Shown: positions 38,765 through 51,324 of the stretch, piece by piece
Numbering within the stretch: position 1 is the stretch's first letter
Layout: every line of letters begins with the position of its first letter
Source of the DNA: Haplodiscus bocki
Taxonomy: Eukaryota
Assembly: GCA_965655095.1 (NCBI GenBank)
Contig: OZ296655.1
Location: 14,508,001-14,572,000, forward strand
Direction of reading: 5' to 3'
Length of the DNA stretch: 64,000 nucleotides
Program-made: the position numbers and the translations under genes
The notes under the pieces: generated by a model
The model's input: the letters and a program-made list of their open reading frames with translations, nothing else
Databases searched by the model: none
What the model was told of the DNA's origin: nothing

Positions 38765-40560
38765 AAAATAGTTCTGAGAACATCATCCAGCCAAACAAGT
38801 TTTTTGCTCAAAGGCGGAAAAAATTTAAAATTTTGTACAATAATTGAAAAAGAAACTTCTCGGCGAAGATGTTAATCTGTACAGGTAGAATTTTGTTTTG
38901 AGAACACCAGACAATCATCGCTCAAAGTACGAAAACTTTTGTAACTTTATAAACTTTATCAAAAAAACTCTTTTTTTATCAAAGTGATCCTCTGGACACA
39001 TAGACAGAAGTTTCGATAGCCCCAATTAAAGTTTTTTGTTCAAAGTCCGAAAAAATTGAAGAAACGATCTTTTTTTGAAAAGCATTTCTTCCGATCAAAA
39101 TTGTCCCATGGATATGTAGAAAACGGTTCTGATACCACCAGCCAAACACTTTTTGCTCAAAACGCGAAAATTGTCCAGAGCTGATGTCTTTTTTCGAAAA
39201 GTTTCTTTCCATCAAAATTTTACCCTACAAACTTTAAAAAGAGTTCTGAGAACATGAGTCAAGTATTTTTTGCGCGAAGTCCAAAACAGTGAAAAAATGA
39301 ATTCAACTTTCCAAAAAAAAATTATTTCCGTCAAAATGTTCAACTGCAAACTTTGGGAACAACTCACAGAGCGCAAGCCAAAAAATTATTGCCCACAGTC
39401 CTGGAAAATTTAAAAAGAATCTGTTTCTTTTCTCAAGTCTTTATTCCCATTCAAGTTGTTTCTCTGGGCCCGTATAAAACGGTGTCGACAGCATCAGCCA
39501 TAAGTCTTTAGCTGAAACTCTAAAAGTTGTTAACAAAACTCGATTCTCTAAAAAAACTAGTTTATCATCAAAATGCTCCTCCGTAAACTTTGAGAACAGC
39601 TCTTGGAGCGCCAGCCAAAAGTTTGATGCTCGATTCCGGAAAACATACGTTTAAACGGAAAATTGCTTTTCAATCAAATTGTTCCGCACGACATGTAGAG
39701 AAAAACATTGAGAACACCAGAGAAGGGAATTGCGCTCAAGTTTTGAAAGAATGAAGACAATGTTTTTCTTTAAAAAATTTTTTACGATCAATTTGTTCCT
39801 CTGGACACGTCAAAAACGGTTTTCGGAACACCAGTCATGAATTTACTGCTCAAAAATGGAAAAAAATTGGGAAAGGATGCTCTTTCAAAAACATAAACAT
39901 AGACCAATAAGTCACTCAGCATAAAAAAAACTGTTCTGAAACCACAAGCCAAAAAACTCTAACTCAAAGTCCGAAAATCTTTTTACAGGATGTGTTATTC
40001 CAAAAATCTTTTCATAAAAAGGATCTTCTGGAAACTTAAAGAACAGTTCTGAGAACACAAACCAAAATTTTATTGCTCAAAGAAATTCAGAAAATGATGT
40101 TTCTTTCAGAAATGGCTAAACGATCAATTTATTTTTAATCGGGATACGTAGAAAATTGTTTTGAGAACACTAGACAAAAGGTTCATGCTCAAACTCTGGA
40201 AGAAATTCTTACGAGGTTTTTCAAAATTTCATTCAAGATCAATTTTTCCCTCTAAACACGTAAGAAACGGGTTTCGGAATACGGAAAAAAACTCTTGATC
40301 AAAATCTGAAAATAGTAGAAGAAACTACCCGATACTTCAAAAAATTTGATACTTCATCAAAATATTCCTCCGCAAACTTTGAGATCAACTCTTAGAGCGC
40401 CAGTCTAGAATCGAAAGTTCGAGTCCCGATATGCTCGAACAATTGTTTCTTCTGTCGAATTTTTCCTGAGGACACCTAAAAAACAATTCTGAGAACAACA
40501 GCTAAAAACTTGTTGTAAAAGTCCCAAAAGAATTCATGAAAAAAACCTGGTTTTTCTAAA
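38765..40560 (+). repeat. Diverged ~110-120 bp tandem satellite
   Basis: Recurrent gttctgagaacac / ttgagaacaccag and cctctggacacgt motifs at ~115-bp spacing (e.g. 38771, 38897, 39243, 39591, 39708, 39822, 39933, 40046, 40160, 40488). Confidence 0.85.
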
Positions 40561-40579
40561 ATTTCTGTTTTTCATCAGG

Positions 40580-40779
40580 NNNNNNNNNNNNNNNNNNNNN
40601 NNNNNNNNNNNNNNNNNNNNNNNNNNNNNNNNNNNNNNNNNNNNNNNNNNNNNNNNNNNNNNNNNNNNNNNNNNNNNNNNNNNNNNNNNNNNNNNNNNNN
40701 NNNNNNNNNNNNNNNNNNNNNNNNNNNNNNNNNNNNNNNNNNNNNNNNNNNNNNNNNNNNNNNNNNNNNNNNNNNNNNN
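40580..40779. other. Assembly gap (N run)
   Basis: Run of 200 N. Confidence 1.
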
Positions 40780-41959
40780 CATCCATTGGTAGAATATAGA
40801 ATATAGGCAGATTTTCTTTGTTCGACCCGCTGCAAGGTGTGTCGTACGTAATATCACACGTTTGTCCGTGATAGGCGGCAACTTGCCATAGTTATCGAAT
40901 ACTTTTTGGTTGATTTTGCGTGTATCACATTAAACTTTCCATGCGGAAGTTTTGTCTGATGCTGTGATGGCTTTCAAGTTTCTTCAAAGAATTCCGCAAC
41001 ACTAAGCGGATTTTTGTAGTGTGATTTCAGTATTCAGCAGACGAAAAATTAAAAAAGTTGTGCCAGTTTTTGGATGCCGCCAATTAGTTTCACAAGTGAA
41101 GGACAGCCTTACGATTTTGTAGCGCACGACATTGAAAATAATCCAGATTACGTTTAGGTATCCACGCCGTTGCAATTGTAAGCAAATAATAGCTGAATGG
41201 TCAAAACGTCACGCAAATGAAAAATATGAGCAACTCTGAAGTGGTAGTGATTGAGTCAGTGAGTCAGTGAAGGTGCGAGAATTTTTACGTTTTCTATATT
41301 ACTTTGACATCTTGAACAAACTTCTGCAACTGCAGCGGAAACTTTCAAAATGCATGTGTGCTAAATGTCTGAATTTTCCATGTCTTATTTTTAAAAAATT
41401 GACTGCATGCATGCATGCATTTTGTATGTTTTATCTGCACGCCCAACTATGGCAGTAGATCCAATTATCCGGGCTATTGGGTGGTTTCATTCTTTTTCTG
41501 AATCCCGGTCAGAAAGCAGTTAAAACATCAATTTTAAGTTTTTTGCTTCAGAGCAAGAAACAGTTGACAACAAGAAAATTTGGTGAGATAAAACGTGGTG
41601 CACAATAGGTGCAGGTTCAATTGCCGGATGCAGACCATTTGGGAAATTGGACCTATTCTTCCTCTATATGGTCCCAAAATACTTTTGTCATCAGACTTTC
41701 GATGTCATTTATACAATTTTGTTTGTCAACAATCACGAAATATCAGATAAAGTTTCTGTTATACAGCATAATAATTTGCGATATTGCATTTCGTCTGCAT
41801 GCATAACAAGAGGCGAAATAGCGCTGTGATATTTTCTGTCGACAGTGAGTTAGAAGAAGCTCAAAAATGAAATGGTTGAAAACTTCAAGAAAAACATTGT
41901 CAGCCTAAGGTGAAAGGAGGCTCGCTTTTAGCTCAGTAAGTACAACTTCAGACAAAAAC

Positions 41960-42750
41960 CAGTATTCTCAAAACTGATGTTCAGAGGAATATCTTAAACA
42001 TTTTTTAAATCTGAAAAATTTAGATTTTTTTCCATTTTGAGCAAAAGAATTGGCTGGTGTTCTCAAACGGCATTCTACGTGCACAGAAAAACATTTTGGG
42101 GAAAATATTCAACATTTTTTGGAGGTTGAGAAAAAGTTTTTCTGACCTTTAGCAAAAAAAATTTCTGCAGAGTTGCGAAAAATGATTTCTACGTGTCCAG
42201 AGAAATATTTTGCCGAAAAAATTGAAAAAAATATGAATTTTATATATTTTCCCGGATTTGAGCTGGACATTTTGGGGCTTGAGCAAAGAATTTTCCGCTA
42301 TTCAGCGAAAAATGTTCGACAGGTTTGTCAAAACCGCATTTTACGTGTCCAGAGGAACATTTTCTCAAATTTTGTTTTCAAGAACTTCAAATGATTTCGG
42401 ACATTGCGCGAAGAAATTTCGGACTTTGAGCGGAAATTTTTCGATAAGGTTGTCAAAACTGCATTCCAACTTGTCCAGAGGAACAATTCGGGAAACTTTT
42501 GCAAAAAAGTTATTAATTTATTTTTTTCTGACTTCAGACAAAAAATATTTTGGAGATTGAGAAAAAATTTTTCGGCTGGTCTTGTCACAACTGCCTTCAA
42601 CGCGTCCACAACAACACTTCGGGAAAAAATGTTTCAAAATAATTTTTATATTTTCATGAATTCTTCCGGTATTTGAGCAAAAAATTTTCGGCAGCGTTGT
42701 CAAAACTTCAAAATTGAATTCTACGTGTCCGAGGGAACATTTTGAGAAAC
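41960..42750 (-). repeat. Same satellite in inverted orientation
   Basis: Variants of ctacgtgtccagaggaaca (~42075, 42190, 42343, 42472, 42721) and ggctggtgttctcaaa (~42052) are reverse complements of the 38765-40560 motifs. Confidence 0.85.
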
Positions 42751-42867
42751 TAGATCTTTTTCTTGAAGACTTCGCAGTTGGCGTAGCCCGAATCGGCAAA
42801 TCACCGGAGGAAAATTCTAGATACTGAGGAAATGATTTTTCAATCGAAATATACATTACGACAGAAA

Positions 42868-43450
42868 GTAACCAGACTTCCAGCTATCACCGGGATTTTT
42901 TTCTCCTTCTTACTGTTATGAAAAAAAACGACAATCAGAAAACTACCCTTTTATAAACATTCTCACCCATTCTTACATTTTCTCTCAAATTTCAAAATTT
43001 TCATCTTTATTGCAAAGAAATCCAATTTTTTCTGAAAAAAAACCTTTCGAAATTTTCACATTTTTTTGCGTTTTTCTCCTAATTTGCCACCTTTTCCTGA
43101 TTTTGAAAAAAAAACTTCTTCGAAAAATGCCTGCATCTTTTTCAAAGAATATCTACCTTCGTATGTTTTTGGGAACTTTACCTGTTTTATTTGGCTTCTG
43201 CATCAATTTTGCATCAATTTAGTCCCAAAAAACGTTCAAGCGTAAGAAGTTGCAATGGGGCAATCGACGTTATGTAAATTGCTATAAGACGCATGTGAGG
43301 AAAAACCGATATTCCTGCGAAATTGAATTATGGCAAAAAAAGTTTTGTTTGTGTTAATCGAGTTTGTAGCTCTGATTTTGTAACTTCTCGTTGAAATCTT
43401 TGATGATTTATTCTTTTGACGAGGCATTTTTGCGTATTGGCATCAACTGA
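42868..43450 (+). mobile_element. Short interspersed non-autonomous repeat (family copy 1)
   Basis: Begins aaccagacttccagctatcaccggga, matching the family end aacaagacgcccggctaccactggca (reverse strand at 47517). The right boundary is uncertain. Confidence 0.5.
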
Positions 43451-43649
43451 TCTCAAATTGGCAACCGAACCTTAATAAACAATTTTAAAAACCGGTTGTG
43501 TTTTGAATGGTGATACGAAATTCTAGCAAGTTTGACTGCGGAGCTCACATTTAAAAAACCGACCGGTGGAGCAGTTTCTTGCACGTTTTTGTCCGCTCTC
43601 GGTAATACAGATATGAAATTTCAGCCGACTTGCAAGGCACGTTGATCTG

Positions 43650-44600
43650 GGCTAGAGTCCTAAAATGTGATTGACCGTCCATCAACGTTCTTGCACGAGA
43701 CTCCCACTGATGGATAGACGTGTACGCGTATTCAGGGTTTTAATTTGATCTTTACTCGCCTATTTAGATGCGCTAATTACCGTCAACGGAACGCCAACGA
43801 CAACATAAACATTTTTCCAGACGCTGAAACAGCTCTGAATGAGAACTTCATCATGTACGACTACTAATACTCCGTCCCAACTCGGCTGGGCTTTGAAAAG
43901 GCCGTAGGATTTTGTTCAACTGTTTTGTTGAGGTGGGTTTAAACTTATGGTATTCTAGAGTAATTGTTCCAGGAAAAATAAAAGTCTCAACGACAATATA
44001 GAAAATTTTCCTGACCAGAAGCAAGCCAAGGCCGTCACTGACGTCTTAGTTGCTTCCCCTCAAGTCTTCGGTTTGAAATGAGATCACTTGGAAGACAGTT
44101 TCTTCGTTGGTTGAGGAGCTTGTGAAGCTCTGCAATTCTCTCATACAATGAAAAAAATGTACTTGCTGCAACAGTTTTTGATCCTATTGGTTTAATCCCC
44201 ACCTTCACGATCGCATCGCGACTTCGATTCGAAGACATTCGGCGTGTTTCTAGTCAGCAAAGAGAAAACGGACTCCAAAAAATCAGCTCAAAAGAAAAAG
44301 CTTGAATGGAGTTCTGACTTGCCAAACTTTGGTAATTTGTCATTTTTCCGCAGCTCTTTTCCATTTGAAGTGGATCAAATTGAGCTGCTTGTCTTAGGAG
44401 AGAGCTCGTAAAATATATTTTTGTCAGTCACCAGAATTGTCTTTCGCTCTTGAGAAAGCCAGAGTAATCCCAGAATCGGATTCAATTTACACACCTCCCT
44501 TACGACAGCTCGTCTGTCAAGCAAAAAGCATCAAGCCCTTTCACGGTCGGATGATACATTGATATGGTTCAGATGTTTTCGGTCTCATCCCAACTGATAG
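43650..44600 (+). pseudogene. Possible LINE ORF2 endonuclease-to-RT linker remnant
   Basis: Weak plus-strand peptides: ETPT...FNLIFT and YWFNPHLHDRI (PWfn-like). Very decayed. Confidence 0.25.
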
Positions 44601-45119
44601 CAAATGTTTACATTTCATGAAGTTTTTCTGGAGAAAAGCATAGCGGGTAGTTTAACAAAAAGATTATGAAAATAGCAGATTGGTAGCAAAAATGTGACTT
44701 TGAATTTTGATCTGCCCGTATTTTCAGATCCTGTTGAATTCTTTGTTTGTTGCCCATCTCAACATTGGAAAAAAAACAGATCATTTCTTTCTTTTTCCCT
44801 TCTTTTTCCAATCAATCTTTTTTGAGCTTTTAGAAATTTCTATGAAGAAATGAGCACCCATTAAAATCCAACTTTTCCCTGTCATTCATGAAGCCATTCT
44901 TTTTTATAAGTTTTTTTCCGCCCCATGTTTTATATGCAAAACAAAACTCTTCAATGGCTGGTATCGTAATGTTTTTTTCAGACGCATTTTGCCAATTGAG
45001 AGTTTGTTCATTTCTGATAAAAGATAATTCCCTTCTTGTTAAGAAATTGAATAATAATTTATATAAATAATACTACATAAATTCTTATATGTAACGTATA
45101 AAGAGTATATACCACTACC

Positions 45120-45420
45120 GTATAGTTTCAGCCGACTTTTATCAATTTCCGCCCAATATTTGCAATATTGCATATTTGGAAGGAAAAAATTCGTTCAACA
45201 TTCAGGATTTTTACACCAGATTTGCCGATTGCACAAAAAGTTAAAAGTGCAGGCAAAAAGTTTTTAATTCACCAATTTTCTTCAAATTTCCCGTACAGTG
45301 ATTCTACCTAATGGCTTTTCTCAAAAAAATGTTTTTTTGCCAAAATTTAATTTTGGCTGCGAGAAAAAAGGAAAAAAACGATTTTCGATGCAATTTTTGG
45401 CAATTTTTAGGTCGGATTAA
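45120..45420 (-). mobile_element. Short interspersed repeat (partial family copy 2)
   Basis: gccgactt...tttccgcccaatattt...ggaaggaaaa matches gctgactt...tttccgcccatattt...ggaaggaaaa at 46973-47021. Confidence 0.55.
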
Positions 45421-45653
45421 GGATTTTTAATGTTTCTTCCCTAATTCGGAGGGAAGAAAATATCCCCGAGTTACCCAGGAGTCTTGTTTTAATTTAACTG
45501 GGACTGAGAGTTAAAGAAAAACGTTTCGGGAATGAAAAATTTTAGGAGCGAATGATACCGGTTGAGCAATTAAGCCTTTCCGAATAACGACGTTTTGAGA
45601 TCAGGTAATTGAACTTTTAAAAACCTGATTGGTCGAAAAACGGGTGATGCAAC

Positions 45654-46616
45654 AATTGGGACCAAATACCGGATTTGCACTAGAGACAGATTCAAGCCGA
45701 AGACAAATTCAGCCCCAAATTTTAATTAGCGCTATCTAATGGTAATAAGTAATTAGCAGCGTTTATTAAATCTTCTTTAACAGTTGTAGATCAACAAAAC
45801 AACGAGTACCAATTAGAAGTGTAAATCAATATGGACCAAGGTACAATATTTATTACACACTTCAATCTAGCCCCAAAATTTTGGCATTTCACAATGCCTT
45901 GAAATCTACTCCAATATTTTCGGTTTTCCAGTTTTGTCAAATGCGTTAAGAACAAAAAACAAGAAGCCCAGCTTCCTCAGGAATATTTTCCTTCCGTCTA
46001 ACTGTGTTATAATTGCATTTTAGAAGAAAAATGGATCCAATCGCAAATTTTTTGATTCTTGGACAGAATCCTGCAATTGGCAAATTGAAGTAAAAACGCA
46101 TATTTCTACTGTAGTATTTTTTTCAATAGTGAACTATGGGTGGAAAGTAATAATCCCCAACATCGTCATATTTCCTTTGCAACTTCGACGAGAAAATTCT
46201 CGGAACAACTTTTTATAACACAAAAAATCCCCCACTAATGGAGACTTACGGGTGGGGCTAACTTAGGCCGTTCTCGGTTTGTTGCCTCAAAAATTAATCT
46301 GGAGTTCTAACTTTCGGGGTTCTTACTGTGATATCTACCGCCCCAAAAAAGTTAATACAGCCCGGTTAATTTTGATCAAAACTGGTTGAAAAATTGGTAT
46401 ACTTTCAGAGAACAAATTAGTTTAATTTTATTTGCTAATTAAGTAATTGGACTAATTAGCGAAATAATTTGGGCCGAATTTCAAAATTCGGCCCCATTTT
46501 GTCTTCGGTCCGAATTTGTCTTTGGTCCGAAGTTGTCTTTGGTCCGAATCTGGTTCTCGGCCCGAATGATTTTGGTCCAAATTTGGTTTTCGGTCCGAAT
46601 TTGTCTTTGGTCCAAC
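45654..46616. mobile_element. MITE-like element with imperfect terminal inverted repeats built from ~17-bp subrepeats
   Basis: The right arm (46430-46615) has tandem (t)ttgtctt(t/c)ggtccgaa units plus gctaatta motifs. The left arm (45654-45760) is the degenerate reverse complement (ggaccaaa...ccgaagacaaattc...taattagc). The interior is non-coding. Confidence 0.65.
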
Positions 46617-46969
46617 ACAATATTTCAATCATTACGGATGTTTTCCCATAAGTTCGTCTATTTCTTTTTCCTCGTTTTCAAAAAGAACAATAATTGATCA
46701 GGTGGATTGAATTACTGCTCACCTGATAGTCAAAGGGAATATTACTTACACAAGATGTAACTGTAGCAAACTTTTGGGATAGCCTTTTGCAACTGCTTGC
46801 AATACTTTTTGAGCAGTCCTCTGGGTTTCCGTTCTAATATATCCTCACAATTATTCAGCTATTAGGTCTTTTGATGACCAGCCTAGCAACTCAATGAATC
46901 AATGACTTGGGCCGTTCCCGGTTTGTTGTAGGTGGAACTGGAAGTCATTATTGAAGACAAAGAATACAC

Positions 46970-47517
46970 ATTGCTGACTTCGTTATAACTTTCCGCCCAT
47001 ATTTATAATATGGAAGGAAAATCATCCATTCAAAGCGCCCAAATCCGACGTTTTATCGAACCCACCCGCCAATTGATAATGTCCTCCAAGTGTCAGTGTC
47101 CGAAAGTGACAAAATGACAGTTCTGACCGTGAAAGTTTATAATCAGCAAATTGTAGCAAATTTGCTGTAGAATGCGACTGAAATGGTAAGATTTCTCAGA
47201 ATGAAAGAAATTTGTTTTTTTTTTTTAAAAAAAAGAACAATGTTTTCTTCTGCAAAAAATAGAATTTTTTGAAAACCCGTAAAGGTGGTAAATTTGTTGT
47301 AGAAACCGTATCAAAAAAAATAATTCCTGAAAATGTAGTTTCCATCTTAATTGTGAAATTTGTTACAGAAAGATAGGAAAAAATTCAAAACTAGAAAAAT
47401 TAGAAAAAATATGAACATAGTAGTTTTTGGAAAAAAAAGTTTTCGTACTTTCACGAGGCATCTTTAACAAAAACAGAGGGTGAAAAATATGCCAGTGGTA
47501 GCCGGGCGTCTTGTTGT
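46970..47517 (-). mobile_element. Short interspersed non-autonomous repeat (most complete family copy 3)
   Basis: 47150-47517 aligns with the reverse complement of 62775-63100: exact cgactgaaatggtaagatttctcagaa, and a shared end gtagccg...tcttgtt. Confidence 0.8.
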
Positions 47518-48771
47518 TTCACCGAGAAAGTCAACATTTAATTCTTCATGAACAATTATTTTGAAGCCTGCTTACTTTGCAATGACTTGCTTTTTATTTT
47601 CGAAGAATTTGTTTCGCGACCATTTGATTTTGCGAAGAGACTTTCGCCCTCTCATTATCGATGAGTTGTATGCGACGAGTTGTTTTCCGCATAACACTTA
47701 TGACGCAAAAAGTTCAAGAGCATCTTGGGTTTAACTTTTTTTTCAAAAAAAGTTTCGAGTTCAAAAAATTTCACATGGAAAGAATACAACCACAAAAAAT
47801 CACTTAATATACAATCATCTACTATCATCCATTGGAACAATTTTAACAACACAAAATACTCCCATTTTTTTAGTCCTCCATTTCAATACACTCACAAAAC
47901 GTGCCGCAATTTTCTGAATTTGTAAGCTAGTTAACGCAGATAGCATAAAAAGCACATTGATAAAGCAAAATTTTCAAGTCACACTCCAAAAAGCTCGATC
48001 GGCCCCACATAGACTTTATATAAGTTTTAATGTCTGCGTCAGCTCTCTCAATGAAAAACCCGCTCCAACTCTCCGGAGTTTGGAAAACTCGCGACAAAGG
48101 TGGTAAAGTGGTAAACTTTTTTTAGCGTCGGCCAACTTTGTCCTGCCCAAGAACACCGAATAGTTTTGGAGCTCATGAAAGACCTCGGAACTGTTTTTGC
48201 TTTAGTTATTTGAATCACCTCTACAAAGATTTCGCCGATTCAGAAAGTTTGCTCTAGAGCCCACAATTTTGGACCTTCTCAATTCTCAGGAAATTTTGGA
48301 ACACTTCGGCCATGTCAACTTTCCGGTTGAAACCCTCCTGGTCAATCAGGCTATCGGTGGTGGATGGAAAACCCTCCAGGACAGCCAGGAGATTTTCTTT
48401 CACTTTCTGCTCCAAAAAATGCCTATTTGGCCGTCTTGCAAGTGTTGAGGAGGAACAGAATTGAGGAGAAGCGAGTCCGAAAGAGCCATTGCTATGTCCA
48501 AACAGTCAAAAAGCTCCCTACCACCTGAGAGACCCTGACGACACACTCGATTGGCGTAGGAAAAGGAAAACTTGTTTGGGCGGCGAGACTGAGAACCGAG
48601 AACATCGATCCAAAAATGTGGAATTACTCCAGGTCATTATAGCTGTTTGCACTTCTTCAGGCTAGTGACGAATAAAGATGAGTAAGAAGTCAATTGCTGA
48701 AAATTATTTCGAATTAACAAAACATGCAAAAGAAGTTTTTGAAATTTTAGATTACACAAAAAGGTTTTCAA

Positions 48772-49062
48772 TCATCTTATTATTGCAGCAACAAAGCGCA
48801 GTATGCCTTTTCCTGTGGCATATGCTGCAAAATTAGACATTTTGATTTGTCTTTTTACCGTCAGCGTTATCTTTGTTTTGCAAAAAGTTTGCTCCGAAAA
48901 AACAGTGTACTCAACAGAATTGGCGACCAATGGGCTGAAGGAACGCTGAAAGCGGCATGTGTTTAGCAGTTCTCTGTTGTGATAGCCTGCTCCATTTTTG
49001 CAATTTCTCATAAACACACAGAAGAATTTTGAAAAAGCCCTCTCATAACTGTGGTAAAGCAA
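48772..49062 (-). pseudogene. Polinton small conserved basic protein (core/pX-like)
   Basis: FFCVFMRNCKNG...TLTVKRQ...GKGILRFVAAII resembles the small Polinton ORF pattern lcEc..Ni.nG...slkkKR...qkGgfl..ll. It lies directly after the MCP. Confidence 0.45.
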
Positions 49063-49234
49063 TATTCAGCCGTTTTTTGTTCAAAGTTCACCCGGCTCTG
49101 AGGAGAAATCAGTGTTAAAACTTACAAACTTGTTAAGATGGTAAGTTGAAAAGCCGTCTCGCGCAAAACGAATTCGATGTTCGAACTTTTGAATGGGATC
49201 TTTGTTGATCAGGTATAAGAGCTGTGTGTTATCA

Positions 49235-50560
49235 AACAATAAAGATGCTGGAGTCTTTGATAAAGTCGTTTGTGAAAATTGAGCGCAACAGATCTTCTTT
49301 CACCAAACAAAAAGAGTCTCACTGGATTTTTTGTGGCCGTGGAAAACTTGATTTCAAGACCCCACCGGGCACGCACCAGTTAGTTAAAGTCGAATTGTGT
49401 TGTCTTCAATGTGCTAGTCAGCCATGAGTTTGAAAAACAAAAAGAAGCGATTTCCAAATTTATCAATTGTTAAGCCATGCACCCATGCTCAAATCTCAAA
49501 CCCTTCAATGTGTTATAGTGGGAACGACGCAGGTTTCTATGAGACAAAGTTCCTCACGATCATGACGAACAGCTTCCATGTCAAAATGCTGAAAGTGGGA
49601 TGGATTTGCTGGAAGGTTTCCATTAAAGCTAGTCGCTGGCACCACAAACAAAACAAGGCGGCTAATGGGGGCTCGGGTGGAAACATCGTCTCGTTAACAC
49701 AATGTCGAACTACTGTACATCAAAAACGACATGCGAAACGCTCCCCGAAAGTCGTAAAGGGCGGCTTTTGTTGAAAGCATGCGTTAAGTTATCAAATATG
49801 CCTCTCCTTTCGGTTCTGGTTTAAGACTCAACGAAGCATGCGAAATATCAAAAAGTTGTGAAGAGAAATGACCTTGAGAATGAAGAGTCAAACTCGTGTG
49901 TAAAGAGTCAAACTGGTCAGGAGAGCGATACAAACGGACACGCACCTCGACACCCGGCAACGGGAACTTGTGATTGTCAGCCAAAAAACCGTCGAAAATT
50001 TAGCCAAGATAGAAGAACATTCAGAGCAAGTTGCCTTCATTTTCAGTCGACTTGTGACTGCTTCACAACTAACTTGGTCTCCGGGGTCCGTCTCGAACTC
50101 ATACCCCTGACAACATAGCCAACCTTCTTTACAAGACGGATTGTGGGAAGATGCTGCTTCAAATAGCGATTTAAATGATAGAGATTACTCGCAGAACCAA
50201 CGAGTGTACTTTTGAGTGAAACTTTGACCTCCTGGATGAAGCTATGCATCAAGTTGTTGACAAAAATTGGTTTCGATGCAGCTACAATGTTTATCCCTAT
50301 CTCTACCATCAATTTAGAGTTTGACTTCCAATTTCGAAAATAAATTGACATAGTCTTTATCGATACTACCAATGTCATTTTTTGCAGCCTGGAAAATAAA
50401 TTCCAATACTGATCAAACGGCGCTCGTTGGTGTATAAACTTCTCCGTGATATCTTTTTTGGAATACAACAGGAAATTCGGATTGCCCAAACTACGTTAAA
50501 TCTAAATACATGCTGGCCACTGGCGGCTCAGATTAAGCAAACAAACCTGGAATGATGCAG
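49235..50560 (-). pseudogene. Polinton major capsid protein (double jelly-roll, PY/hexon-like)
   Basis: Motifs in the expected order: YLDL...LEF, PIFVNNLMHSFIQEVKVSL...SASNLY (50270-50180), SHNPSCKEGWLCCQGYEFE, LPGVEVRVRLYRSPDQF (49960-49908), SFNGNLPANPSHFQHFD (~49630-49580), GLEIKFS...VRLFLFGERRSV. Frameshifts and stops throughout. Confidence 0.92.
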
Positions 50561-50779
50561 ACGTTGGATAAGAGACTGCGATGAAACGAAACCAGCTTTT
50601 TGGATTTACAAAAACAGTTGAATTTTTGGTTTTTTCACAATAGTTGACCAAGGGCAAACAACTATGGAACTGAAGAGTAATTTCGACTTCTTTCTGTTTT
50701 TGTGTTTTTCCGTGGCGTGGATGCTGACATTCAGAAAGGAAACTTTTGAATTGATTTTTTTGATTTGACGACGACGTTC

Positions 50780-51140
50780 ATTTTTTCCGTACTGTTCTCC
50801 TTTGATTTACTTCGTTCTTCCTGGTTATCTTTTGTAGTCTTAGTTCTAAGTGAGGTGAGACTTTCCGGACTTGTGCTATGAGCGCCAGCAACCTCTTGCC
50901 AGTTTGTCTTGTTACTGAAATTTGCGTTGCAGCTATTGGCTTGGTGTAACCATCTGAAATAATAAAGTTTTCTGGAGAGCTTGCTGCAGAAACGATTTTG
51001 TGATAGAAATGCCATATCCTCTCACCATTGTTATGGCAAATCCTCTCGAGCCAGTTTTCACGGCTTCTCCAAAACCAATCCCAATTTGATGGAATGGCGA
51101 CCCTCGTAAGCAAATTATAATAGTTGGACGCTTTAGTCAA
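50780..51140 (-). pseudogene. Polinton Gly-rich/basic small virion protein
   Basis: An alternate frame gives PFHQIGIGFGEAVKTGSRGFAITMVRGYGISITKSFLQQA followed by a K/R-rich tail, like the QrGxGfG amphipathic ORF found between Polinton capsid genes. Confidence 0.55.
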
Positions 51141-51324
51141 TTGGATTTACACATGGCAAACTAGCTGAAAAAAGGAAGCATTGAAAAAGTTCAACAGTTG
51201 AGTGATCTTTTTTATTTGATACTTCCACAGCGAATATTTTTAGACTTCCACAACGAAATCATTGAATTAATTAAAAAAACGTTAGGAAATATGTAGCTAA
51301 ATTTAAAGTCTGTATGTAACCAGA

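Noticed and set aside
36929-40881. Long ORFs in the track at 36929-37519 and 40534-40881
   Set aside because: Artefacts of translating through N gaps.
46470-46615. Short regular repeats resembling a CRISPR array
   Set aside because: Units are contiguous without unique spacers, there are no cas genes, and the context is eukaryotic.
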